51,695 nucleotides of DNA from Candidatus Aminicenantes bacterium (lineage in GTDB: Bacteria; Acidobacteriota; Aminicenantia; Aminicenantales; Aminicenantaceae), in assembly GCA_030614685.1 (NCBI GenBank), contig JAUWTO010000001.1:1-51695 (forward strand), given 5' to 3'. The number at the start of each line of letters is the position of its first letter. Within the stretch, counting starts at the first letter, position 1. The position numbers and the translations under genes are program-made. Positions 29,055 to 39,293 of this stretch are shown piece by piece. The notes under the pieces were generated by a model. That model did not search any database. It saw nothing but the letters and a program-made list of their open reading frames with translations, and was not told where the DNA came from.

Positions 29055-30496
29055 CGGATGACCTTGATGGTGCGCCCGCGCTCGGGAACCTGATCCAGCT
29101 CCATGACGTTGATGATGGCGAATCGCGGCAAGAGATCCTTTGGCAGCCCCTCTCTCTGAAGGATAGCCTGCAGTGTCTGCCGTCCGTCTGCCGTCATCAG
29201 CTTGATCCGCCTGGGCTGACGATCAATGTACTTCCGGTCCGTGAGCCTGCGGAAGGAAGAAGCCGATGCCCCGAATGCGAGCGCATAGGTATCGTAGTCC
29301 TGAAGGCGCGCCAACCCCATGAACGTGTAGACGTGAGAGGCATGCTGGATGTAGGTCAAGTGCAGCCGCAGCTTGCTGCCGTCCTCCTGCGTGCCGTCCC
29401 AGATCTGCTGGTAGGCCGTCAGTCCATTGATGTTTCGGCTCTGTTCCCCGCGCAGGCTCGCTCCCTCGAAGTCTTTGGCCTTTCCCGCTGCATAGGCAGC
29501 CGGATCCTGTGTGCTTTGCTCTGCCTTGAGGATGATGCCGGCGTCTTCCTTAGGCGAAATCATGATCACCTGGGAGGGTAGGTTCTGGACCTTCCAATCC
29601 TTGGGGATCGTATAGACAAACCGCATCACCGGGTGGTAGAACGAGTCTCCTTCGACGTATCCCTGGCGGGGATCGCTTCCGTAAACCATGCCTTGGATGC
29701 TTTTGAAGTAATCGCGGCTGCGTATGTTCAGGTTTTGATCCTGTTCCGTGATCATGGCCCTGGTGTTCTCGATGCGTTCGCTGGTCAGGGGATGGGTGGA
29801 CAGAAATCCCGGGAGGGCATGACCGCCCGACAGGTCTCCCATCTTTTCCAGTGCTGCGAAGAAGTCGATCATCTTGGCGGGATTGTACTTGCCGTCTCGG
29901 GCATATGTGACACCCAGCTCATCGGCCTCCCTCTCGTCATCGCGGCTGTACTGAAGGAACAGCAGCTGCAGCCCCGTACCGGCCAGGCCGGCCAGGTCGG
30001 CGAAGGTCTCACTCAATACACTGCCGACCGCCAGCCCTGCCGAGGCCAGCATCGCGTTGCTGAGGCGGCTCATACTGTGCCGGGCGTTGACATGCCCCAG
30101 TTCGTGCCCCAGGACCACGGCCAGCTCCGCCTCGGAGTTCATCATCGCCAGAATCCCCCGGGTCACATAGATGTATCCGCCGGGAGCGGCGAATGCGTTG
30201 ACCACCGGTGAGTCCAGGACCGCGAAATGATACTCGAGATGGGGGCGGTGGGTGTGGCCGGTCATGGTGTCCCCGATCCGGCTCACATAGGCGTTGATCT
30301 CGGGACTGTCGTATATCCCGTACTGCTGCTGGATCTGATCATGGGTCTGTTTGCCCATGGCGATCTCATCCTGCTCGGAGTAGAGCATGATCTGACGCCG
30401 GCCGGTGACGGGATTGACCGCGCAGGCCTGGACCAGCAGCAGAAGTATACAGCCGGTCAGGATATAGAGATGGTAACGTACTCGGTGACGCTTCAT
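29051..30496 (-). CDS. M48 family zinc metalloprotease (BepA/YfgC-like), secreted
   Basis: 481 aa. Signal/lipobox-like N-terminus (LLLLVQACA) and HELGHVNARH zinc motif. Confidence 0.8.
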   Translation of the reverse strand: MKRHRVRYHLYILTGCILLLLVQACAVNPVTGRRQIMLYSEQDEIAMGKQTHDQIQQQYGIYDSPEINAYVSRIGDTMTGHTHRPHLEYHFAVLDSPVVNAFAAPGGYIYVTRGILAMMNSEAELAVVLGHELGHVNARHSMSRLSNAMLASAGLAVGSVLSETFADLAGLAGTGLQLLFLQYSRDDEREADELGVTYARDGKYNPAKMIDFFAALEKMGDLSGGHALPGFLSTHPLTSERIENTRAMITEQDQNLNIRSRDYFKSIQGMVYGSDPRQGYVEGDSFYHPVMRFVYTIPKDWKVQNLPSQVIMISPKEDAGIILKAEQSTQDPAAYAAGKAKDFEGASLRGEQSRNINGLTAYQQIWDGTQEDGSKLRLHLTYIQHASHVYTFMGLARLQDYDTYALAFGASASSFRRLTDRKYIDRQPRRIKLMTADGRQTLQAILQREGLPKDLLPRFAIINVMELDQVPERGRTIKVIR

Positions 30497-31254
30497 TCCA
30501 TCTTGAAGAGGGAGTCATCCAGCCCGGTATCGAACTTGATATCGTCCAGGGTGATGATCATGAATTCTTCACCGTCGGTGAACTGGGTGATGGTGTGGGC
30601 GGTCATCATGCCGCTGATCTTCTTGTAATCCGTGGAAAAGCTCTCGACCTCCCCCTCCGCTCCGGTCATTGGATTGGGGGCGATAGACAGGGTCTTATAG
30701 AGCAGATGGGTCTTGGCATCGATGTACATGGTGACTTCGTACCCGTCGGCATAGCTCATCAGCAGAACATCGTAGTCCTTGTCCTCGAGTTTTTCCTGCC
30801 CCTTGGAGGTGTAGACGATGCCGTATTTTTCCGGTTCGAGGTAGGCGGAATCACCGATCGCCTGCCGCTTCATGTCTTCCATTTGCTCACCGGAAAGTTC
30901 TTCTACGGCCCCGGTCTGAGGGTTCGTGTACCAGCCGACCTCTCCATCAAAAGCCTGGGTGATGCTCATGCCCATGATCTCGATGTCCATGCGAAACTTG
31001 TTAACTTTTTTGGTGTAGAGGGTCGCGGAACCTTCCATGCCCATGGACGGCATTTCCATGGTCCCGCTGGCTGTCATGTCCTTGACGGCCTGCAGGGTGT
31101 TGCGGCCGCCCATGGCTTCGATCAATTTTTCCAGCACCTGAATGGCTTTGGCATCAGACTTCTTGGTATCCTGCGTCGCAATCCCTGTGTTGGCCGATGC
31201 GACGAGTCCGAGAGAAAATAAACATACAACAGCAAAGACAATTATTCGTTTCAT
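30493..31254 (-). CDS. Outer-membrane lipoprotein-sorting (LolA-like fold) protein, secreted
   Basis: Start chosen at MKRIIVFAVVCLFSLGLVASA (ATG 31254, GGAGGA RBS). 4-nt overlap with the downstream M48 gene. Family call made by eye. Confidence 0.5.
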   Translation of the reverse strand: MKRIIVFAVVCLFSLGLVASANTGIATQDTKKSDAKAIQVLEKLIEAMGGRNTLQAVKDMTASGTMEMPSMGMEGSATLYTKKVNKFRMDIEIMGMSITQAFDGEVGWYTNPQTGAVEELSGEQMEDMKRQAIGDSAYLEPEKYGIVYTSKGQEKLEDKDYDVLLMSYADGYEVTMYIDAKTHLLYKTLSIAPNPMTGAEGEVESFSTDYKKISGMMTAHTITQFTDGEEFMIITLDDIKFDTGLDDSLFKME

Positions 31255-31416
31255 GAGGTCCTCCGTTCGCCTATTGTAAACGGTTACTGAAATAGAGTAA
31301 ACAGCTTTTTTAAAGGAAGGAACCTGGATACACAGGGATCGTTCCGATGATATTGATATATCCTTGCAATGGGAATACACTGATTTTTCGAAGAACCGAC
31401 CGGAAGGAGAGAGTGC

Positions 31417-32499
31417 ATGGGCTTCCCTGCGATCCGCTATCTGGAATGGACCAAAACCCTGGGAGGGTGCCGCATCAACCTGTGTCCCAGCAGCATCGAC
31501 AAGATCTCCCTATCCTCGCTCTCGCTGGATCTTTCGGGGCTTGAGATCTCAGGGCCAAATCAGTACGGATACGCTCCCTTGATCGAGGCCCTGGCCTCCC
31601 GGTACGGCGTACAGCCCGAGAATGTGGTCACGACCCAGGGATCGGCCCAGGCCCTGTTCCTGGCCTGTGCAGCCCTCCTGGATCCTGGAGACAGGGTGCT
31701 GGTCGAGAGACCCACCTACGAGCCCCTCTTGGCAGTCCCGGCCGCGCTGGGAGCCGAGGTCTCCCGTTTCGAACGCCGCTTCGAGGAGGGGTACCGTGTG
31801 GATCTCGAGACTTTCCAGCAAGGGAAGAAAGGCCAAACTCGGCTTATCCTCCTGACCAACCTGCACAACCCCAGCGGCGCTCTGCTGAGCAGGGAAGAGC
31901 TGCAGGCTCTGGTGCGATCGGCCGAGTCTCAGGGTGCTTTTCTCCTGGTGGATGAGGTTTACCTGGATTTTCTGGCGGGGCCGGAAAAGCGAGGTATTTT
32001 TTCCCTGGGTGAGAACATCATCGTGATCTCGAGTCTGACGAAGGCCTACGGCCTGGGAGGGCTCCGCTGCGGGTGGATGCTGGCACCGCCTGCCCTGGCA
32101 AAAACGGTGTGGAGGATCATCGACCACATGCATGTGGAGGGTGTTTTCCTGGGCGAACAGGTGGCCCTCCAGTGCCTGACCCGGCTGGAGTCTATACGCT
32201 CGCGGTTCTCCGGCCGTATCGCCTCCAACCTCTCCCTACTCAAAGATCTTATCCGGACGGAGGGATGCTTGTCCTGGATCGAGCCGAAGGGGGGTGTGAT
32301 CGGCTTTCCCCGGGTCGAAGCGGATTTCGATGGGAACCGGCTGGCAGAGATCCTCAAAGAGAGGTATGCCACCTGTGTGGTGCCCGGCCGGTTTTTCGAG
32401 TCACCTCAACACTTCCGCATCGGTTTCGGTGGCGACCCGAAGGAATTCCAGCAGGGGATCTCCTTCCTCAGGCAGGCGATCGATGACCTGTCGAGCTAG
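31417..32499 (+). CDS. Class I/II pyridoxal-phosphate-dependent aminotransferase
   Basis: 360 aa. NLHNPSG and SSLTKAYGLGGLRCGW (PLP lysine) motifs. GGAAGGAGAG RBS. Confidence 0.8.
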   Translation: MGFPAIRYLEWTKTLGGCRINLCPSSIDKISLSSLSLDLSGLEISGPNQYGYAPLIEALASRYGVQPENVVTTQGSAQALFLACAALLDPGDRVLVERPTYEPLLAVPAALGAEVSRFERRFEEGYRVDLETFQQGKKGQTRLILLTNLHNPSGALLSREELQALVRSAESQGAFLLVDEVYLDFLAGPEKRGIFSLGENIIVISSLTKAYGLGGLRCGWMLAPPALAKTVWRIIDHMHVEGVFLGEQVALQCLTRLESIRSRFSGRIASNLSLLKDLIRTEGCLSWIEPKGGVIGFPRVEADFDGNRLAEILKERYATCVVPGRFFESPQHFRIGFGGDPKEFQQGISFLRQAIDDLSS

Positions 32500-32513
32500 G
32501 CGCCCCGAGGGGA

Positions 32514-35500
32514 TTACCGCTCTTTTTTATGTGAACCCGGCCGTTTCCTGACAAAGCTGATGTGGATTCTGTCTCCGCTCTCCTCTTCGATACGCTCGCG
32601 TATGAACTCGGCCTGACTCAGGTAGTCGGCGTGGGCTTTGAGGTAGGTCAAGCCTTGTTCGACGAGAAATCCCAGCCATTCTCCCTGGGCGGTTTCGTCC
32701 ATGAGTTCAGGGGTCTCTTCGGCAAAGGTGATCCGCCGCCTTTCCGTCAGCCGGTCTGCGCGTGAGGAGCGCCGTCTGGCATACAGGTTGACTCCGTCGT
32801 AGCGCTCGAGATAGTTCATGTGGGGTTGCCAGCGCGCCGCCCAACGATAGTAGCGGTCGTAGAACCGGCGGTTGGAGTCATGGATGTCCGGCCGGCCCTG
32901 CATCCCTTGGACGATGAAGTCCAGGAGGTCCTGCCCCGCTTCTGCCAGATCAGGGTAGAGAGGCAGAGAAAGGGTGTTGTAATACGCAAACCAGCCCCTG
33001 GGGATCCAGTAATCTCTGAAGAGATAGGGGGCGTAGCCGGAGAAGGGCTGCACCCATTCGTGCGAAGGGTAGCCGTGCAGGTTGAGGTAAATATCCGGCA
33101 GCCATTTCCGGTTGAGCGTGCCCCGCACCTTGGCCTCAGGCAGCAGGGGCCGGGCGGCACCGGTCTGGTATCCGATGTCCATGCCCAGCGAAGAATAGCG
33201 GCCGGCATGCAGGCTGTGAAAGGGAGTCAGCTTCTGCAGTTCATAGGCCAGGGCCGCCCCATCTGGATTTTCCATGGGATGGAGCACGAAGTTCACCTTG
33301 GAGGTGTATTTCCGGTACTCCGGGTCCGTGGCGAGGAGCTCAGCGAACCTCAGGATGTAGTTGGTGGAGCTGACCTCGTTGGCATGCTGCCGGCCGCTCA
33401 TGTAGAGCGTGGGCTTGGCAGTCATGAGGCGCGGGAGGGACACGAAGGGGCTGAGGGGCGCGAAGATCTCCATCACCGGGATGTCCCGCTCTTCATAGGA
33501 GCTCCCGGCGATGTAGCTTTTGATCCCGGGACGGGAGGACAGAGCGCCGACGATCTCCAGGCACATCTCAGGCGAAATGATCTCTTCTGTGGGGACGATC
33601 CGATCGTCGGCAGCGCCTGCTCTGGCTTCTTGGGATGCCTGCGTCGAGGAAGGCGCCACCGCGAGCATCGTCTCCTTGGTCAGGTCATCGAACTTGATCC
33701 GGACCTTCAGGGACCCCAGCCCCGGGAACTGCAGGGCCGGGAGCAGGTCCTGCGCGATCAATTCCTCCATGTGTTCCAGGATGTCGAGCAGAGCGAGGTA
33801 TTCCTTTTCCGTCCCGATCTCGATCGATGCGTATACACGGTCGAGACGCTCCTCGATGGAATCGTAGACCAGCGCCGGGATCCGGACTGCTTTGGGCTTG
33901 AATTTCGGGAATACGAACTTCCGGCTGTTCTGGTGGCGCCCCGGTTCCTGCCAGCTCAGCTCCATCTGAGGCGTCCGGGCCTGCCAGTCTGAGAGCGTGA
34001 CCTTGACCCGGCCGCCCTTTCCCTCGAGTGAAGGGTGGAACTTGGGGAGTATATTGCCCGGGGCCGAGTAGCGCGAGGAATCCTCGGGGATCTCTTCGTC
34101 CTGGTCCAGCTCGATCTCGGTTATCCCGCGCAGGAAGTCCAAGGTGTCGAAGTACAGTTCATCATGGAGGGCCTCCAGGCTGCTCACAACCTCCTCATCC
34201 AGGCCCAGCCTGTAATCCGGCTCGCTCAGCCACAGCTCGACGAACAGCCGCTTGAAGTAGGGCTGCTTCTCGAAGGAGGGGCGGCTTCCGGTTTTCTTCA
34301 GTATGTGATCATAGACTTCCTTGAGGACCTCCTCCTGATAAAACGCCCAAAACCGCTCCAGGTCGCTGCGGATCTCTGTGTCCACGACCGTCTCGCCTCC
34401 GGACCGGACCGTCAACCAGCCGGTGGTCACACACACGTCCCCCCATTCCGGCAGGGCCTCCAGGTAAGGCATCTGGCGGGTGCGCGGCGAGAACGTGTCA
34501 TGGAGCAGAACCTTCCCTGCAGTGTTCCTGGCCGCGACCTCGTAGACCGGTCCCTGATCCTGCTTGAGCTCGAACATGATCCGCTCCAGCGGCAGGGATG
34601 TCTGGAGCGCGATGAATTCGTCCACGGGGTAGAGCTCCTGAAGCCAGCGGTAGGGATCGTTGTAGAACCGTTTGGGTGAATTGAAATCATCCTCTGCGGC
34701 GGCAAATCGGACGATCACCTCATGGATCCCGTCGATCCCGGCCATCCGCGGCAGGACGTGCTCCTTGAGCCAGAAAAAGCCCTGTTTATAGGAGGAAAAC
34801 ACCTCGACATCCCCGGGAGAGAGGGACATTTCCTGCAGGAGGGCGTGCACCTGATCTTTCAGGCGGGCGCGGACCTCTGGAGATTCGGAAAGGCCCACAC
34901 TCACGGAAACCGGAGCTTCGGTTTTAACCAGGCCCGTGAGGTGCTGCCTCAGGAGGTCAAGGGCCTGCTGGCCCTCCCATGAGAACTCTTTTTCTTTTGT
35001 GAAGATGACCTTTTCATCCTGCATCGCGATCATCTGGAGGTCGATCCGCTCGGCCTGGAGGTTTTCTTCCAGGAAGCTCTCCACAGCCCTTTCATAACTT
35101 GGGCTGGGACTGGGGAGGGTCATTTTGACTTCCAAGAATTCGAGGGATTTGTCCTGCAGCACTTCCACCATCTCCTTCAGCTGGTGGAACAGGTAGGCCT
35201 CGGCGCTTCCTCTTTCTCCCTGGAGGAGCTCATGGATGGTATCCGGGATATCCTCTAAGCCCGGGGCTGCGTCCCCGTAGTGCGTAAAATAGGGAAACGT
35301 GCGGCTGAAATACACCAGGGCCTTTCCCATTGCGGAGCCATCTTTAGCGATCACGGCAATGGCATTGGATTTGTTGAATGCCCGGGGCACGACCTGCACG
35401 GAAGCCTGTCCGACCTCGAGCGGGACCGGCTCCAGCCTGGCGGTCCGGATCAATTCCTGGATCAGGATGTTATCCTTGCCTATAAGGAAGGGTGTGTCCA

Positions 35501-36668
35501 GCATCTTGGGTTCTTCGATCTCGGAGTCCAGATAAACGAGCGGAAAGGACCCTCCGGCCGTGGGCAGGACCAGGCGTGTGGTCAGCTGCGCGACTTCCGG
35601 GATAGCGCCCTCCGAAGGTAAGATCACACGGGAGTTGATCCGGTCCGGGATCCTGTCCCGGTCCGTATCCATGTAGGCGCCTTGGGTGGAGAAGAGATCC
35701 AGGAGGTCGAAGTTTTTTTCCGGGATCCGGGCTCTGTTCGGGGATTTGTATCCGGGTGTGAGCATTCGCTTGGGGTAGCCCAGGCGATCCAGGTCCACCC
35801 GGTCCGCACCTCCCTTCCTGTCCAGATAAAACGAGATCCGCCCGCAGCCGGCATAGCTCAGGACCTCGGACCGTTCCCCGCGTCTGTGCTGTTCCTTGAT
35901 CGTGGTCAACAGGGTAAGGGCCGCCTGTTGGCTGCCGACGCCGGTGAAACCGATGTGGACTGTGAGTTCGCGGATCTCTCCTGTGTTGAAACGGAGCCGC
36001 TTGACCGCGTCAAAAGAGGATTTACGGGGTGGGAACTCGTACAGAGCGGATGTGATGCGAATCCTGGCTCCTGGGATCCCTTCCTGTTCGAAAAGGGCGC
36101 TCAAGTCTTCACGGACGGTCATGTAAGTCTGTCCTTCCTCCTGGCCCCAGATGTCCCACAGATAGGGCCACCGCAGGAAAAAGGCGCGCCCGGCCTGGAG
36201 CAGCGCCTCCTCAGAACCGGCGACCAGCGCCAGACCCGTACGCCCGTCCTGTTCAAAGATCCGAACGAGTCCCTGGTGCTCTCCCAGCGAGTCCAGTGAA
36301 AGCTGCCCGTCCCGGGTCAGCTGCTTGATCAGATCCAGCCGCGATCCGATAAGCACGGGGATATTCTCATGGCCTATTGAACTGAAGCGCGACTCCCTCT
36401 GGACGCTGGAAAAGTCCACGACCAGGGACTCCAGGTTGAGGCGGGCTGCCAGGTCTCCGGCTACCGCTGATTCGTGGGCATTGGGTTTGTTAGGGAGAAC
36501 GATCACCAGTGCGGGGGTATCAGCGTATCCGTCCTTGTCCGCATCTTGCAGCCCCTTTCCCTTAAGGAAGATCTGGGAGAGGCAGTCGAACTGCTCTGCA
36601 GGCAGCGCTGTTCCCCACGAAAATCCGATGCATATCATCAGCCAACATAAGAAGCCGATTTTTTTCAT
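32514..36668 (-). CDS. Very large secreted protein with a C-terminal M14 zinc-carboxypeptidase domain
   Basis: 1384 aa. Signal peptide MKKIGFLCWLMICIGFSWG. The C-terminal third carries M14 signatures: GRQHANEVSS (HxxE), HPMENPDG, LNLHGYPSHEW. I recognise no motif in the N-terminal roughly 1000 aa. Confidence 0.7.
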   Translation of the reverse strand: MKKIGFLCWLMICIGFSWGTALPAEQFDCLSQIFLKGKGLQDADKDGYADTPALVIVLPNKPNAHESAVAGDLAARLNLESLVVDFSSVQRESRFSSIGHENIPVLIGSRLDLIKQLTRDGQLSLDSLGEHQGLVRIFEQDGRTGLALVAGSEEALLQAGRAFFLRWPYLWDIWGQEEGQTYMTVREDLSALFEQEGIPGARIRITSALYEFPPRKSSFDAVKRLRFNTGEIRELTVHIGFTGVGSQQAALTLLTTIKEQHRRGERSEVLSYAGCGRISFYLDRKGGADRVDLDRLGYPKRMLTPGYKSPNRARIPEKNFDLLDLFSTQGAYMDTDRDRIPDRINSRVILPSEGAIPEVAQLTTRLVLPTAGGSFPLVYLDSEIEEPKMLDTPFLIGKDNILIQELIRTARLEPVPLEVGQASVQVVPRAFNKSNAIAVIAKDGSAMGKALVYFSRTFPYFTHYGDAAPGLEDIPDTIHELLQGERGSAEAYLFHQLKEMVEVLQDKSLEFLEVKMTLPSPSPSYERAVESFLEENLQAERIDLQMIAMQDEKVIFTKEKEFSWEGQQALDLLRQHLTGLVKTEAPVSVSVGLSESPEVRARLKDQVHALLQEMSLSPGDVEVFSSYKQGFFWLKEHVLPRMAGIDGIHEVIVRFAAAEDDFNSPKRFYNDPYRWLQELYPVDEFIALQTSLPLERIMFELKQDQGPVYEVAARNTAGKVLLHDTFSPRTRQMPYLEALPEWGDVCVTTGWLTVRSGGETVVDTEIRSDLERFWAFYQEEVLKEVYDHILKKTGSRPSFEKQPYFKRLFVELWLSEPDYRLGLDEEVVSSLEALHDELYFDTLDFLRGITEIELDQDEEIPEDSSRYSAPGNILPKFHPSLEGKGGRVKVTLSDWQARTPQMELSWQEPGRHQNSRKFVFPKFKPKAVRIPALVYDSIEERLDRVYASIEIGTEKEYLALLDILEHMEELIAQDLLPALQFPGLGSLKVRIKFDDLTKETMLAVAPSSTQASQEARAGAADDRIVPTEEIISPEMCLEIVGALSSRPGIKSYIAGSSYEERDIPVMEIFAPLSPFVSLPRLMTAKPTLYMSGRQHANEVSSTNYILRFAELLATDPEYRKYTSKVNFVLHPMENPDGAALAYELQKLTPFHSLHAGRYSSLGMDIGYQTGAARPLLPEAKVRGTLNRKWLPDIYLNLHGYPSHEWVQPFSGYAPYLFRDYWIPRGWFAYYNTLSLPLYPDLAEAGQDLLDFIVQGMQGRPDIHDSNRRFYDRYYRWAARWQPHMNYLERYDGVNLYARRRSSRADRLTERRRITFAEETPELMDETAQGEWLGFLVEQGLTYLKAHADYLSQAEFIRERIEEESGDRIHISFVRKRPGSHKKER

Positions 36669-36927
36669 GCTGTGTCCTCGCTCTCTGGGAATAATTCGAG
36701 TTCATTGTTATGCGGATTTCGCTCCAAGTCAATGGGAAACGGGCACCTCGCATTGCCTCTTCTTCCGACTCCGCTACAATAATCCGTTTCAAATCCATTT
36801 GGAGGATTTGGAGGACCCCTTGACAACGAGGGGAATATCCGCTATCTTAGGGCGACTTTCATGACAAGCAAGGAACACTAGATATAGTATTAGAAAATAA
36901 CGAGGTTGTATATATAGCGATTTGGCC

Positions 36928-36957
36928 TTGACATCCGAGTAAAAACCTAGGTACAAT
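36928..36957 (+). promoter_or_regulatory. Sigma-70-like promoter upstream of the SpoIID/SPOR gene
   Basis: TTGACA (36928-36933), 18 nt, TACAAT (36952-36957); 24 nt before the ATG at 36981. Confidence 0.5.
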
Positions 36958-36980
36958 ACCCGTAACTTCGGTCAGCAAAA

Positions 36981-39200
36981 ATGCGATTACCCCCCTATCC
37001 CTACCTGAAATATGTCTTTGCTGCACTGTTGTCGTTTTTCCTTTTGGGTGGGGAACCCGTGGAATTCGGCTCAGAAAAGAATTTTTTCCAGGACTACCTG
37101 ATCCCCAAGCCGGTGATCCATATCGGTCTGGGAGTCAATCTCAGCCAGATCCAGATCTCGGCATCTGCGGGAATGAAGGTCTACGAGGTGAAGACCAACT
37201 ATCACCTCATCGCTGGAAACGCTGATGAGGCGTTCATCAAGGGCAACAAAGAGCATCTGACCGAGAAATATCTCATCCAGGTAGCGCAGACACGCGACCG
37301 GGAGGAGGCCGAACGCCGGGCCCAGGAGATCAGGTTCATCATTGATCGAAAGGTCTTTGTGACGACCGGAAACGAATCGGGCGTTGCCGGGAGCTATAAG
37401 GTTGTGATCGGTGATTTTCTCACCCGGGAGGATGCGCTCAGCTACATTATCAAGCTCAATCGGCTGGGGGTCAGAGATACCTGGATCGTTCGGGAGGAGG
37501 TCACGGAAAAAGAGTCCCGGCCTCTCTGGATCCTCATCAACGACGAACTGAAGAGTCTGAGGGACGCTACCGTCCTGTATTTTATCCCCAGCAGCCCGCA
37601 GAGCTATCTAACGTATAAGGGGCGTGACTATCGCGGTATCTTAACCCTGAGGGCCAGCCACAAGGGGATCGTGCTCATCAACACTCTCAACATGGAAGAC
37701 TATCTCAAGGCCGTGGTACCGAGCGAGCTGTCCCCTTACACCTTCCCCAGGATAGAGGCGCTCAAGGCCCAAGCCGTGGCCGCCAGGACCTATGCCATGA
37801 AGAATCTCGGCCAGTACCGGGACCTGGGATTCGACTTGGTGGACACGCCGCGCTCCCAGTTCTACCGTGGGATGAATGCCGAACATCCCCTGAGCACACA
37901 GGCCGTGGAAGAGACTGCCGGGGTGGTGGCTAAATACAAAGGGCGTTTGATCGAGGCACTGTACACCAGCACCTGCGGGGGAGCCACAGAGGATGTGGAG
38001 AACGTGTTCCTGGGCCCCGCACTCCCATATCTGCGGAGCACGGAATGTGTGTACGAAAAGCAGAGGCAGTGGCCTGTGGCCACCCAGGCGTATCTCGCCC
38101 CGGTCTATGTCGAGGGAAGGAATGTGAGCCCGGATATCGCGCTCATGATCAGCCTGGGAGTGATCCCTCTTCATACCGATCCCGCATTTTTCGGGGAACC
38201 GGCTGACGCGGATGACATGCAGGAGTGGGTGGACAGGGCAAGCAGCCTGCTGGGCAAGCCCTCGCTCGAGTCACCAGGCACGCTGGTGGGGGGCGTCACC
38301 ATTGAAGGATTCCTCACATACCTGGTACATGTATTCGGATGGGAGGAACGCATCACGCGGCTGCTCCTGGATAAGGAAGCGGAGTTTGTCTTCAACAGCG
38401 GCAATGGCTGGTCTGAACAGTCACGGTCCATGGTCGTGTATTTCCTTCAGGCCGGGATCCTCCCGTCTCCGGAAAGCGTGGGCCCGCACGACCGGGCACT
38501 CTCCCGGGGAGAGGCGGCCTCTTATCTGGCGAAGATGTTGAGCAGCTACCGAGATTTTCGCGATGCAGGTATTTTTCAGGGAGTGGAGGGACAGGAGCTC
38601 GAGCTGCGTGTGAACGGAGACTCCCTCAATTTCAGCCTGGCTCCCGAGGCCTTCCTGATACGGAACCAGGACGGACACATCACTTTTGTCCGGAGCCTGG
38701 ATCTCTTGGGAGGCGAGAGCCTGCGCTGGATCCACAGGGACGGGCGGATCGTCTATCTAGAAGTCCTTTACCCGGTGTATTCCAATCTCCTGGACCGCAG
38801 CTCGAAATATCATTCCTGGAGTGTGCGGACTTCACGAGAAGAGCTGGGTAAGCAGATCAATCGTTTCTATCCGATCGGGGAGCTCCAGGACCTGGTCCTG
38901 GGGAACCGCGGCCGCTCCCAGCGGCTCATGGAGCTGCACATCAAGGGAAGCGAGACCGACGCCGTTGTCAGGGGCTTCCGCATCCGGACCGTCCTTGGCC
39001 TGCGGGAAACTCTCTTTGTCCTGGATAAAGAATTTGATGCAGAGGGACACATCGCTCATTTTGTCTTTACCGGCAAGGGCTGGGGGCATGGAGTGGGCCT
39101 CTGTCAGGTCGGCGCTTTCGGGATGGCCCAGGCAGGAGCGGATTTCCAGGAGATCCTGAAAAAATACTACCGCAGCATCACCCTTGACAAGATTTACTAA
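36981..39200 (+). CDS. SpoIID/LytB domain protein with an SPOR-like domain (peptidoglycan remodelling)
   Basis: 739 aa. EDYLKAVVPSEL..ALKAQAVAARTYA, YTSTCGGATED and GKGWGHGVGLCQVGAFGMA SpoIID motifs. An SPOR-like segment lies near residues 95-175. A large insert separates the SpoIID motifs. Confidence 0.8.
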   Translation: MRLPPYPYLKYVFAALLSFFLLGGEPVEFGSEKNFFQDYLIPKPVIHIGLGVNLSQIQISASAGMKVYEVKTNYHLIAGNADEAFIKGNKEHLTEKYLIQVAQTRDREEAERRAQEIRFIIDRKVFVTTGNESGVAGSYKVVIGDFLTREDALSYIIKLNRLGVRDTWIVREEVTEKESRPLWILINDELKSLRDATVLYFIPSSPQSYLTYKGRDYRGILTLRASHKGIVLINTLNMEDYLKAVVPSELSPYTFPRIEALKAQAVAARTYAMKNLGQYRDLGFDLVDTPRSQFYRGMNAEHPLSTQAVEETAGVVAKYKGRLIEALYTSTCGGATEDVENVFLGPALPYLRSTECVYEKQRQWPVATQAYLAPVYVEGRNVSPDIALMISLGVIPLHTDPAFFGEPADADDMQEWVDRASSLLGKPSLESPGTLVGGVTIEGFLTYLVHVFGWEERITRLLLDKEAEFVFNSGNGWSEQSRSMVVYFLQAGILPSPESVGPHDRALSRGEAASYLAKMLSSYRDFRDAGIFQGVEGQELELRVNGDSLNFSLAPEAFLIRNQDGHITFVRSLDLLGGESLRWIHRDGRIVYLEVLYPVYSNLLDRSSKYHSWSVRTSREELGKQINRFYPIGELQDLVLGNRGRSQRLMELHIKGSETDAVVRGFRIRTVLGLRETLFVLDKEFDAEGHIAHFVFTGKGWGHGVGLCQVGAFGMAQAGADFQEILKKYYRSITLDKIY

Positions 39201-39236
39201 GGGACTTTCCCCAAAGGAACTTCCCCCAGTCCCCAG

Positions 39237-39265
39237 TTGTTTTTTCCCCTGGAATGACTTACAAT
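39237..39265 (+). promoter_or_regulatory. Sigma-70-like promoter upstream of nhaC
   Basis: TTGTTT (39237-39242), 17 nt, TACAAT (39260-39265). The -10 overlaps the first ATG of the ORF (39264), which favours the ATG at 39294 as the true start. Confidence 0.4.
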
Positions 39266-39293
39266 GGCAAGTCTGAAATTTCCGGGAGAAAGA

